This document shows, piece by piece, positions 38,820 through 47,596 of a stretch of 64,000 nt of DNA. The stretch lies in IMG/VR virus record IMGVR_UViG_3300024279_000008, positions 1,772-65,771 of that record, one strand, 5' to 3'. The stretch is from a virus (lineage: Duplodnaviria > Caudoviricetes). Below the pieces are notes generated by a model, which saw only the letters and a program-made list of their open reading frames with translations, did no database searches and was not told the DNA's origin. A program made the position numbers and the translations under genes. The stretch's first letter is position 1. Each line of letters opens with the position of its first letter.

Positions 38820-39172
38820 TACTGGACCTCCACAGGGGTGGAGACATCCCACTTGGCAAAAGTGAGGGCCTCAGTGAGAGGCACGCCAGGCATTCCCCAA
38901 TATGTAGCGAGCTGCCCGGCGTTCCGACGGGTTCCATCCGGGAACTCAAGCCATGGAACAGCTCGGTTAAAACCAAACGGCGAACCGGGGGCTTGAGGGA
39001 TAGGTGGGGCAAAGACTACTTTGGGTTTATCAGGAAACAACCCCGCCAACACCAAAGCACTCGAAGGCATCAAACAGTAAAGTTGGTTGATAGGTTGAAC
39101 GATCTTCGGGGAGGTTGTGTGGTATTCCAAGACCCCAGAGTCATATTGTGGAACAAAATCTTCAGGTTTCAT
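38819..39172 (-). CDS. hypothetical protein
   Basis: 117-aa ORF directly after the terminase ATPase gene. Confidence 0.65.
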   Translation of the reverse strand: MKPEDFVPQYDSGVLEYHTTSPKIVQPINQLYCLMPSSALVLAGLFPDKPKVVFAPPIPQAPGSPFGFNRAVPWLEFPDGTRRNAGQLATYWGMPGVPLTEALTFAKWDVSTPVEVQ

Positions 39173-39174
39173 AA

Positions 39175-40044
39175 TTAGTTGTCGCTTGTGTCTCGACAGA
39201 TTTTTTCGAACCAGCTCCTATTTGCTGAGGAGATTGCTGTGAACTTTCCCCCCATAAGGATAGCTGGTTTGATTGCTGCATAGGCTGCCTCAGCCTCGAC
39301 CTGGAAGGCTGCCTCGTCAAGAAATATCCCGGAGGGATGGAACTGTCGAATTTGATCCGGACCTTGAGCAAATCCGAGAATCTCAGATTCTTGTTTTGTA
39401 ACAAACATTTCTCCTGAGCGGTGGTCGCCTTTGCCGAATACCACCGGTCCTACCACATCCCGAAGGAACTTGGGTTGTTGACGAGCGATGAAATGGGCAC
39501 GTTGGACAAGCTCCAGGGTCTTAGGAGCAGTTTGGGATTGGAACAAATGCTGCCGTCCCTTGTGGAAGAGGGTATCCCACGTGTGGAGAGCTACTACCAG
39601 CCAAGTCGCCATCATATCCCGGGATTTCTCCACCACGAAATACTGGTCCTTTACCCACTCCTCAATGAGTGGGAGCATATAGGCTTTTAGGAGGAAATCC
39701 GGGAACGGTCGAATGGCCGGTAGTTCATGAAACTCGGCCTCGATCTCCCTGAGCTTGGTAAGGATCTTACCATGGGTAAGCTCCAAATGAGTCCCTCTAG
39801 ACTGCGGTAGTACCTCCATTTGGCAAGAGCGGCACTCGAAGAGTAGATGGGGGTCCTTCGTATAGACATAAGGGATGCCCTCGGGGAATTGCTCGGTCTT
39901 GGGGTGCTGGGAGGCATCGAACCAATAGATCGCATCATCCTGACAGCGGGTGTATTCTCGTTCCCCAATGGCTTGGAAAATCCTCCGCTGGTCCTTAGGG
40001 GCCATTCCGGAGATTTGCTTGAAGACCTTTGGGGTTAGTTCCAT
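39175..40044 (-). CDS. terL: terminase large subunit, N-terminal ATPase polypeptide
   Basis: Walker A-like VEKSRDMMATW, Walker B IFLDEAAF, coupling motif ISSAN, then a stop. Confidence 0.85.
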   Translation of the reverse strand: MELTPKVFKQISGMAPKDQRRIFQAIGEREYTRCQDDAIYWFDASQHPKTEQFPEGIPYVYTKDPHLLFECRSCQMEVLPQSRGTHLELTHGKILTKLREIEAEFHELPAIRPFPDFLLKAYMLPLIEEWVKDQYFVVEKSRDMMATWLVVALHTWDTLFHKGRQHLFQSQTAPKTLELVQRAHFIARQQPKFLRDVVGPVVFGKGDHRSGEMFVTKQESEILGFAQGPDQIRQFHPSGIFLDEAAFQVEAEAAYAAIKPAILMGGKFTAISSANRSWFEKICRDTSDN

Positions 40045-40165
40045 GGGTTATCGACGGCCTGACATTGCTTCGAAAGCAGACACAACCTGAGAATCGAAGG
40101 ATTGGATCTTGCGAAGCTCTGAGGTGAGGTACCAGCCCCACACAAGGATCCCTAGGACTAGGAGT

Positions 40166-40999
40166 CTACCAAACGTAATTTTTACTGTCACGTATTTCCT
40201 CCACGGTTACGGTTGAGGTGTAGGGCTTGCCTACCACTACTGCTGCGGCCATATTTGCAAAGTCGATATTCCCGATGAGGTTGTTTCGGTCCTCTAACCA
40301 AGCCTTCACGAAGGCTGCAAGGACTGTGTCACCTGCTCCATTCACGGAGACAACCTCCTTAGCGAGGGATGGTCGGGTGATGATTCCTCGACCGTACTCT
40401 AGCCAAGCTAGGCCTTCCGGGCCACGTTTCAGGAGGACCTTTGGGAACCAGTCATAGGAGGATCGGTACCGCATGTACTCGGAGGTGTTTGGGAAGAGTG
40501 TTACGTAGTCGCCGCCTTGGAACCAGGGGAGTGGGTCGGATTTGGTATCCACAAAAAGGGGAAGTTCTAGAGCTAGAAGGAACTCCTCAATGTCCTCAGT
40601 GATTGAACCCTTTCGGTAATCTGAAACAACTACTGCCTCCAACCCCGGAAGATATGGGATGATGTCTTTGACCCGAATAGGGGAACAATAATCCCTTTCA
40701 TCCCACCGAGCAAGTTGGAGGTTGGATTCAGTCACGAGGCGGTTTTTAATCGGGATATTCCCTGGCCCTGCCAATGGAGCTACTGCCTTGACTTTGAGGG
40801 CCTTCAGATTATCCTGAACATTCCACGCGCCACCTGGGAATTCTTTGGTGTCGATCACATCCACAATTGGGACGGGGGCCTCAGCGGACATCCCTCGGAT
40901 GGTCCCAATGAAGTACTGGTCAACAAAAGCATCACCAAGAACGAGGATGGTATGGAGGCCTCCTACTGCTTCTTCGGGGTTTCGCATAGCTTTGCCCAT
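40166..40999 (-). CDS. PfkB-family kinase, HldE/RfaE domain I (heptose-7-phosphate kinase)-like
   Basis: ILVLGDAFVDQYFIG...SAEAPVPIV, GGAWNV..NL, VVSDYRKGSI, VDTK, VNGAGDTVLAAF. Confidence 0.85.
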   Translation of the reverse strand: MGKAMRNPEEAVGGLHTILVLGDAFVDQYFIGTIRGMSAEAPVPIVDVIDTKEFPGGAWNVQDNLKALKVKAVAPLAGPGNIPIKNRLVTESNLQLARWDERDYCSPIRVKDIIPYLPGLEAVVVSDYRKGSITEDIEEFLLALELPLFVDTKSDPLPWFQGGDYVTLFPNTSEYMRYRSSYDWFPKVLLKRGPEGLAWLEYGRGIITRPSLAKEVVSVNGAGDTVLAAFVKAWLEDRNNLIGNIDFANMAAAVVVGKPYTSTVTVEEIRDSKNYVW

Positions 41000-41238
41000 T
41001 CCGCCCTCTCCTGACCTTTGGTCCAGGTCAATGTTCGTTGGCCTTCATACCGGATTTGGAGGGGTTCGGCATCCTCCCACTCATCTGAGGTGACATTCAG
41101 TGCCACGACCCGGGAAAGGGATGGGTGGACTAGGACTTCCCGGACCTCACCATTCAACGGAACGACTCCATCGGTGTAGTGAACCAGGAGGCTGTAAAGA
41201 TTGGCAGGTTCGAATACTAGAGTTTTTTGTCCAGGCAT
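40963..41238 (-). CDS. hypothetical protein
   Basis: ORF in the leftward operon. Confidence 0.55.
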   Translation of the reverse strand: MPGQKTLVFEPANLYSLLVHYTDGVVPLNGEVREVLVHPSLSRVVALNVTSDEWEDAEPLQIRYEGQRTLTWTKGQERAEWAKLCETPKKQ

Positions 41239-41424
41239 CTAATTCACCAAGTAGGTCCGTTGAAGGTCAAACCGGATCTCCTCAAGGGGTTGGGGACCAG
41301 GGTAGCTTTCTGCTTCGATGAGAATAGCCATCTTTCGTTCCTGGGGGTTGAACATCAGCTTCACTGCGTAGGCATCATCTGGGACGGCGATGAGACCTGC
41401 GTAGTCCTTGAAAAGTTCGAGCAC
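41239..41424 (-). CDS. hypothetical protein
   Basis: Abuts the next gene; start codon uncertain. Confidence 0.45.
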   Translation of the reverse strand: MLELFKDYAGLIAVPDDAYAVKLMFNPQERKMAILIEAESYPGPQPLEEIRFDLQRTYLVN

Positions 41425-41626
41425 GCTGTCAATCGGGATAATTACTAATTTGGTTTTAATTTCGCTACCTCGCGGTTGGTCCGTCTGTAGGGCTACGTCC
41501 CTTCTCCGGTTTCATCTGGGATTGATGGGGACAAAAGAACTTCCGAGCCAGTCCACTATCCGGCCTTCCGAGTCCTTTAAGGAATATCCATGTCCTCCGG
41601 CAATCCTTGCACATAGGGGCTACCGG

Positions 41627-41863
41627 TTAGTAGCCACCGTCACTACCCATGGTCTGACCCTTACCAGTGTCATCCCGAGCCTCATCACCGGGGTTACCGG
41701 ATCCAAAGTTATGGGGGTTCTGATGGGCCTTGAAGGGGTGCTCCTGCTTGGGGAGAGACCGGTAATGAAGGGCATTACGGGTATCGCCAATGAGGGCCAT
41801 GTCTTCAGCTACCGGATGCTCAATTCCGCGAGTGCTGCCTTTTACTCCTCGACCTGCTGCCAT
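41627..41863 (-). CDS. small G/D-rich protein
   Basis: AAAGGAG RBS before ATG 41863. Confidence 0.6.
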   Translation of the reverse strand: MAAGRGVKGSTRGIEHPVAEDMALIGDTRNALHYRSLPKQEHPFKAHQNPHNFGSGNPGDEARDDTGKGQTMGSDGGY

Positions 41864-42135
41864 TTGGTTATTGCTCCTTTCTAAGTTTGGGAGGGCTGAA
41901 GGTTGCAAGCCTTCGATGGATCACCGATCCACATTCCCGGTGCGCCCTGCCTTACACCGCCTGGAATTGAACCAGGGAGGGTGCCGGTCCCTACTATCCT
42001 CTCGGCTCGGTATGTCTACCTTCGGGACCATAACTGGGGTGCCGCATCTCCCCCGATCCTGGGGCTCATTATGACAAGGGATTGGAGCGGTATGTGGCTC
42101 CCGGGTCTTGTCCAGCACATAAAAGGGAACCTGGG

Positions 42136-42444
42136 TTAGGTCCCCCGAATCGGTTGGCCGTTCTTGGTGACGGCGGGGTTCTCACCCTTACTGTACTTGT
42201 TCGCATCCTCTCCAACCCCTTCCTCCCATCCAGGCTGGTTCCACTCATCATTCGAGGGGGACTCTCGCCGGTAACAGGAGGCCTTCGTGGGGATGGAGAA
42301 TGGGCGTCGTTGGACCTGATCGGCGAAGTGACGGGTCCCAAGCTGGCCAGTTCGTAGGGCATCGTCAGGGTTAGTGGGGCCATCCCCTGGTTGGGTGGGT
42401 CCGACCCGAGGGGCTGCTGAATCTGTATTTGCTCGCATTGCCAT
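42136..42444 (-). CDS. small G/P/D-rich protein
   Basis: ATG one base after the upstream stop. Confidence 0.55.
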   Translation of the reverse strand: MAMRANTDSAAPRVGPTQPGDGPTNPDDALRTGQLGTRHFADQVQRRPFSIPTKASCYRRESPSNDEWNQPGWEEGVGEDANKYSKGENPAVTKNGQPIRGT

Positions 42445-42445
42445 A

Positions 42446-42589
42446 TTACTTCGACGCCTTTCCTTTGGTGGGCTTCCACCCATGGTTGATGGCCGAGGCC
42501 ACCTTCTCGAACGAATCCCGAGCTGCCTCAGACCGGAATTTCCGAACCTCCCCAGTAGCCATCCTGAGTTTGTCCTTCCCTACCTTCAT
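42446..42589 (-). CDS. small basic protein (47 aa)
   Basis: Read manually: MKVGKDKLRMATGEVRKFRSEAARDSFEKVASAINHGWKPTKGKASK. Confidence 0.55.
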   Translation of the reverse strand: MKVGKDKLRMATGEVRKFRSEAARDSFEKVASAINHGWKPTKGKASK

Positions 42590-42592
42590 GGG

Positions 42593-42817
42593 TTAACCTA
42601 CTGGAGGGGCTGGAGGCGTTGGGAAGGTAATCCCCTTAACCGCTGCATCCATCGCAGCAAGACCTGAGTCAATTGTCTCAACTGAGGCCTGCTGGGCTGA
42701 GGATAGGGTTCCGGCTGCAAGCTCCGCTAGGGCAGTTTGGACGTTAGTCACAAACACCCCAAAGTCCGCCTGGAAGGCTGCAAAGTCAGTTGCTAGTTTC
42801 TCAATCGTTGTTGCCAT
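42593..42817 (-). CDS. Ala-rich helical protein
   Basis: AAAGGA RBS before ATG 42817. Confidence 0.6.
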   Translation of the reverse strand: MATTIEKLATDFAAFQADFGVFVTNVQTALAELAAGTLSSAQQASVETIDSGLAAMDAAVKGITFPTPPAPPVG

Positions 42818-42882
42818 ATGATATTGTGTCCTTTGTAGTTTTATCAATAACCTAAGTATCGCGAGGGTTGCACGCATGGTGG

Positions 42883-43062
42883 TTATTCGTTAAAAACCGG
42901 GATAACCTCAAGAATCCCATCAAAGAACTCCTCCCGGGTTGCAAATCGTTTATGAACATCCAAGGTGACTTGGCCCTTTTCGATCATGATCGCATCGAAA
43001 GAGTAGGGCTTGGGGCCTTCGTCGATGAAACTGTAGGCTATGGATTTAATCACACTTGGCAT
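42883..43062 (-). CDS. hypothetical protein (59 aa)
   Basis: Read manually (MPSVIKSIAYSFIDEG...); starts 3 nt after the upstream stop. Confidence 0.5.
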   Translation of the reverse strand: MPSVIKSIAYSFIDEGPKPYSFDAIMIEKGQVTLDVHKRFATREEFFDGILEVIPVFNE

Positions 43063-43065
43063 AAA

Positions 43066-43446
43066 TTACACTTTTTCGGGTGTTGCCCGTTCCTCAAACA
43101 TCTTCGCCCCATCCTGCGCTTCAACCCAATGAGTCCGTTCCAGCTCAATATCTAGAGTCTCTCCCTGGATTTGTGCCCCTTGGCACCGGGGTTGGATCCC
43201 CGAAGCCGGAGGAATGTGATCCGACCGGAGACTAACCCTCGTGACGGGTTCGTTGCAATGTGGGCAATTTTCCTTCTTCACTGCAATAACCGAGGTTTTG
43301 CACCCGGGGCAAGGAGCTGTTGCGACGGTTGCTGGCCACCGATGGCCCTGGAGGCACTGGTTCCAAGTACAAAGCCGGATTTGGGGGGAGGAGGGGAAAA
43401 TTCCCTGAGGAGACGTATCGACGGTATTGGAGGTGACTTGTGACAT
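43066..43446 (-). CDS. Zn-finger protein, first gene of the leftward operon
   Basis: C..GH, CPGC, CPHC. Confidence 0.65.
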   Translation of the reverse strand: MSQVTSNTVDTSPQGIFPSSPQIRLCTWNQCLQGHRWPATVATAPCPGCKTSVIAVKKENCPHCNEPVTRVSLRSDHIPPASGIQPRCQGAQIQGETLDIELERTHWVEAQDGAKMFEERATPEKV

Positions 43447-43622
43447 TTAGGTAATTAATCCGGGAAAAATCCCCTTCCTCTGATCTTAGAATACCACGGG
43501 TATTAACCTTTGTCAAGGAAGGGGTAACCCCTAGGAGAATCAACACGATATCCGCAAGGACCAATTGGACCGATTTGGGGGTTTCGATCCTGGGATAGGG
43601 GAATTATTTTTGTTTTAATTAA

Positions 43623-43631
43623 ATTTTATCA
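43623..43631 (-). promoter_or_regulatory. candidate extended -10 promoter (TGaTAAAAT) for the virion operon
   Basis: Sits in the most AT-rich tract of the divergent intergenic region; no clear -35. Confidence 0.35.
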
Positions 43632-44094
43632 TTTATTCCTAAGTTCTTTAGATCCTTGCATATACAGACTATAGCCCCCATTCCAACGCGCGCGCACCCA
43701 GCTTCGGTTTAGTCCTCCCCCCGGGGCTATCCCCCTGCCCCTCAGCAAGATACGAGCCACGGAGCCTGCCTAGGGACTACTACGAGCCACGTAGTACTGG
43801 GTTGGGCAGGGGTAGGGCGGACGGGCAATGTGGTGGTTTTCAGCCACCCGTGGTGGTGGATATGCACCACCCATCCGGTGAATCCCTTATCGGTAACCGA
43901 GTGGTTGAGAACCACCACCTTACCACCACCAGGGGTAAACCCAACGAACCAAAGGCCGAACAGGCCCCACTCCGCACCGGTGTCAGGGGAATACCTGGCT
44001 GAAATGCACCACCCAAAACACCCTAGGGGGAATCCCAACCCCATGAAAACAAAGGGAAATCGACTTTGGCCACCCACTTGCTCTACAAACCACC

Positions 44095-44415
44095 GTGACA
44101 CGACCGACCCAAACCACCACGGCATACCGAAGAGCGCTCGACGCAACGGTACAGCCTACACCGTGCCCCACGGTAACACGGTACGGCCCCAACGGGCAAC
44201 AACGTGGGGCGGTAGGGACGGCAACGGCCCCCGCAATGGTCAACCCCACGGTTACCCCGGTAGATCGGGTTAAGGCGTGGATCACTGCCGGACGGTTAAC
44301 CCCCAATCAAGGCTATGCGCTGATTATGGTTTGCCTCCGGTGTGACAAGGACGGTGGGTTGGATGGTAATCCGGAGCAATTCGCGGAGTGTCTAGTGGAG
44401 TTAATGCAGGGCTAG
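44095..44415 (+). CDS. hypothetical protein
   Basis: First credible rightward ORF; start uncertain. Confidence 0.4.
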   Translation: MTRPTQTTTAYRRALDATVQPTPCPTVTRYGPNGQQRGAVGTATAPAMVNPTVTPVDRVKAWITAGRLTPNQGYALIMVCLRCDKDGGLDGNPEQFAECLVELMQG

Positions 44416-44436
44416 CCCCTGCTAAGGAGCAAGACA

Positions 44437-44910
44437 ATGGGAAGCATCGTGAGCAGCGTCAGACCCGTAACGGGGACTCCGGCAACGGAACAACCCCAAA
44501 CCACCAACAGCCTGGAAGCACTCGTTGCTCAAGGCAAAGCCCGCGTGACCCTGGTGAAGCCCAAAGTCGCGGTTGGAGCGGCGGCATTCCGCCAGTCCAT
44601 CGCTTCGGGCGAAACCGAAGAAGGGGCGAAACCTACGGTGAATGTGGCCCTTGCGGTGGATGCCGATGGGGCCGCCCATGTGATCCTCCCCGCTGCGATT
44701 CTGTACGGCATGACGCGGGATACCACCAGCAAGCTGGGCAGGGGGATCTACGCTGTGAGCAAGGACTCGGTTACGGTGATGATGGTTCTACCCGAAGAGA
44801 CCATCGACGGAGTGGAGTATCCGGAGCAACAGGTCCCCATGACGCTCACCCTAACGGGGGCGAACTTGCGGTTGAATCCAGGCAAGGTCACCAATCCGGA
44901 CGCGGAGTAA
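44437..44910 (+). CDS. hypothetical protein
   Basis: AAGGAG RBS; protein-like composition. Confidence 0.7.
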   Translation: MGSIVSSVRPVTGTPATEQPQTTNSLEALVAQGKARVTLVKPKVAVGAAAFRQSIASGETEEGAKPTVNVALAVDADGAAHVILPAAILYGMTRDTTSKLGRGIYAVSKDSVTVMMVLPEETIDGVEYPEQQVPMTLTLTGANLRLNPGKVTNPDAE

Positions 44911-45104
44911 CCAAGGAACCAAGGGCGAAATACGGGGGGATAGGTATCCCCGTATCCACGGTTGAGGACCGTGCTGATGATGCCCCCAAACGAGATAACA
45001 CCGGAGATCTACGATATGCTCTGTGAGCTTGTGAGGTTGGAGCAAGAGCAGGTAGATATCGACCGGGAATACCAAGAGCTACTCAGGGAATACGGGGAGG
45101 ATGT

Positions 45105-45680
45105 ATGTGGCAAGAGGTAACCCACGCAACGGAGTCCCACCGTCCCCCACGCGAAGGGGCGGCCACAAACCTGTCGTGGTTCCGGGGACTCAAAGCAGGG
45201 AAACGCCCCACAACGTCCGCCCAGTACCGTGGGCAACTCATGCAACCCAAAGTCTCGCGGGATGGGTTTGTTACTCCGTCCCTGCCCCTAACCAAGGCAT
45301 ACGCACGGCCAGGGTATGAGGATTGCGCCCCACGGCTAGTGAAGGCACGCGAAGTAGGGGCGACGGGCAAAACCGAGGTACTCACCGTTCACCGTACCAA
45401 GCTTGCGGTGGAGTACTTTGGACTGTCCAAGACCGTTACCCTCGTGAAGGATGTGCCTATCCCGGACATGCCGGACTTTGGGGCAGCTACCGACCGCCAG
45501 GAACGGAACCTAGAGGCGTATCGGCAGATGTCTCCGGAGGAACGGGCGGAGTGGCTATATAGCCGCGAGAATGCTCCGTATGAACCCCCTATGCGACGGG
45601 AGGATGCGGCAAGGTTCTATAGGCTCAAGGCAGGGGCAAGGCCGGATGCTGGCCCCAAGGGGTGGGTGCCGGTATGGTAA
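45105..45680 (+). CDS. hypothetical protein
   Basis: GGAGG RBS; 191 aa. Confidence 0.6.
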   Translation: MWQEVTHATESHRPPREGAATNLSWFRGLKAGKRPTTSAQYRGQLMQPKVSRDGFVTPSLPLTKAYARPGYEDCAPRLVKAREVGATGKTEVLTVHRTKLAVEYFGLSKTVTLVKDVPIPDMPDFGAATDRQERNLEAYRQMSPEERAEWLYSRENAPYEPPMRREDAARFYRLKAGARPDAGPKGWVPVW

Positions 45681-45859
45681 CGAGGATGGTGTGCTTTGTA
45701 TGCGGGGTGGGTATCCCCGTGGGGGAAGCTGCGGTGGAGTACAGCCACGAATCCGGTATGTGCCGGAAGTGCATGGATGACTACCGAGCGTGGTCATTGG
45801 CTGAAGGGGTAGATCCGGACACAGGCGAGGCGTTCGTAAAGGGGGTATTGGAAGGGTAG
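45674..45859 (+). CDS. small Zn-finger protein
   Basis: CFVC...CRKC. Confidence 0.55.
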   Translation: MVTRMVCFVCGVGIPVGEAAVEYSHESGMCRKCMDDYRAWSLAEGVDPDTGEAFVKGVLEG

Positions 45860-45939
45860 GGGCAGGTCCCTTCAACCCAACCTACGGCCTCCTAGACCCC
45901 AAGAAACATAGCTGTCGATAATCCCTGGCATCCAGGATC

Positions 45940-46152
45940 ATGGAGGATTCAATGGAACGATCCCTAGCCCTACGGGAGCTTGAGAGGCTCACAACAGGGA
46001 CCGGAGCAATTAAGCGGGCCCAGGAAGGGTACGAGTCCCTAGACGGGTCCCCTCTCAAACCCTGGCAGGTAGCCGAGCACCGAAATCGGATTGCTCGGTT
46101 AGTCCTGGAGGTCACCCGAGAAGCGACTCGTGCCCACGCCTCTGGACGGTAA
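45940..46152 (+). CDS. hypothetical helical protein
   Basis: GGAGG near the start. Confidence 0.55.
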   Translation: MEDSMERSLALRELERLTTGTGAIKRAQEGYESLDGSPLKPWQVAEHRNRIARLVLEVTREATRAHASGR

Positions 46153-46369
46153 GAGCCCAAATCAAGGGCTGTAGGAACCAAGGGATAAAGTCTCTCTGAA
46201 GATGCCCTAGGTGTGTTTCTATAGCCCTTGACCTGCGTTCTTGCAGGACGGGGTAAGGAGCCCCAAAACCACGAGGCATCCTGGCTAAGGGTTGAGCCGT
46301 TAATGCGGTTAATGGTTTGGCTAAGGGTTGGGGTGCCTCGTGATAAACCCACTAAGGAGGATTAAGACG

Positions 46370-46585
46370 ATGAATCCCACAGTCGATTTTGCCGATGCCC
46401 CCATTGGAGGAATAAGCTTGGATTTCACCACCCCACGCAAAACCAAGACTTACACCCGGTGGTTTAACTTCTATCGGGATGGATCAGTGAGCGGAGGGTA
46501 CAACACCGAGGGCGATGCTCAACACGGAGTACTAGTTCGGTCGCGAGCAGCGTGCTACCCCATTACCTTCACGGTGGAGGAGTAG
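46370..46585 (+). CDS. small paralog family member 1
   Basis: AAGGAGG RBS; TRWFNFYRDG...PITFTVEE. Confidence 0.7.
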   Translation: MNPTVDFADAPIGGISLDFTTPRKTKTYTRWFNFYRDGSVSGGYNTEGDAQHGVLVRSRAACYPITFTVEE

Positions 46586-46590
46586 CTTCG

Positions 46591-46815
46591 ATGCCCTGGA
46601 AATTCCTCAACCACCGCTGTTCATGCTGTGGCCAACCCGGGGACTATCACACCTGGGATTGGGTGTGGTTTTGTTCCAGATGTGTCCGGGGATTGAGCCT
46701 CGGGAGGGTGGCACTCTATGGCAGGAAACGCGAAGAATTGCAGGGTCTACCCGCATGGATGCTCCCACGCCCAGCAAGACGAGATCCACGGGAAGGGGCA
46801 GAGGGTTTGGGTTAA
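46591..46815 (+). CDS. small Cys-rich protein
   Basis: CSCC...CSRC; GGAGG RBS. Confidence 0.5.
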   Translation: MPWKFLNHRCSCCGQPGDYHTWDWVWFCSRCVRGLSLGRVALYGRKREELQGLPAWMLPRPARRDPREGAEGLG

Positions 46816-46911
46816 GGCCCCTGGCCAGGGAGGGAAGAACCCTCGTAGGTGGCGGTGCACGGTTTGTGATGCAACGGTGGAGTTGCCGGAGTAGGGAGGG
46901 AGGGAAACGGG

Positions 46912-47214
46912 ATGATAAACTACCACACGAAAGGTCAACGGCTCAAGGGTAAGGCCCTTCAGGCCCAAACACGGGAGATCCATGAGAGGATCACCAAGAC
47001 CGGGGAGGCCCTCCCGAGTGGGGGACGGAACCTGGAGATTCATCGGCTCCTAGTTTACTCTGGCCTCCCCCTCCAGAATGCTCCTGAGGAGCATCGGCTC
47101 GTGGCGAGGAATGGGATGAAGGTCCGAGGGGTGGAGGATCTTCAGGCGCTGGCGCTCATTGCAGGAATGGGGATGGCGGAGTTTACCCAGGAATACGCAC
47201 GTAGGGTGGTGTAG
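46912..47214 (+). CDS. hypothetical protein
   Basis: GGAGG RBS; basic helical protein. Confidence 0.6.
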   Translation: MINYHTKGQRLKGKALQAQTREIHERITKTGEALPSGGRNLEIHRLLVYSGLPLQNAPEEHRLVARNGMKVRGVEDLQALALIAGMGMAEFTQEYARRVV

Positions 47215-47384
47215 TCTGACATCTGGGGGTGGTGCTCATAGCACTACCCTCTAGTGAGGTGACTATGGCCAGACGAGATAACACTGAGCAACGCTTGACG
47301 CAGTTATGGCTCGATCCCATAACCAAAAAGATCGCAGCTAAGAAAGGTGCGAAGGGCGCAATTCCGATTAAGGAGTAGGTGACT

Positions 47385-47576
47385 ATGGAACGAACAATCA
47401 TTGACTTGACGAAGAAAAAGAAAACCCGGGAAGTAACAACGTATTTGAATGTGTACTCGGACGGGCAAAGTTATGGGTATTCGTCGGAGGCGGACGCGGC
47501 GGCGGTGGCGAGGCGGATGCATCAGCGGGCAGCAGTGATCAGTATCCCAATCACCATCATCTACGAAGAGGACTAG
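47385..47576 (+). CDS. small paralog family member 2
   Basis: TTYLNVYSDG...PITIIYEED. Confidence 0.75.
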   Translation: MERTIIDLTKKKKTREVTTYLNVYSDGQSYGYSSEADAAAVARRMHQRAAVISIPITIIYEED

Positions 47577-47596
47577 CCATCCTATCAGCGGGCCAG

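Noticed and set aside
42868-43155. + strand 95-aa ORF
   Set aside because: Antisense to a better-coupled 59-aa - strand gene inside the leftward operon.
44388-45026. 212-aa R/G-rich ORF and 43830-44273 ORF
   Set aside because: Off-frame overlaps of better ORFs, with composition typical of alternate frames in GC-rich DNA.
46282-46330. Mini CRISPR array (13-nt repeat, 23-nt spacer)
   Set aside because: Only two short repeats, no cas genes, and both are nested in one stem. No CRISPR array is seen anywhere in the window.
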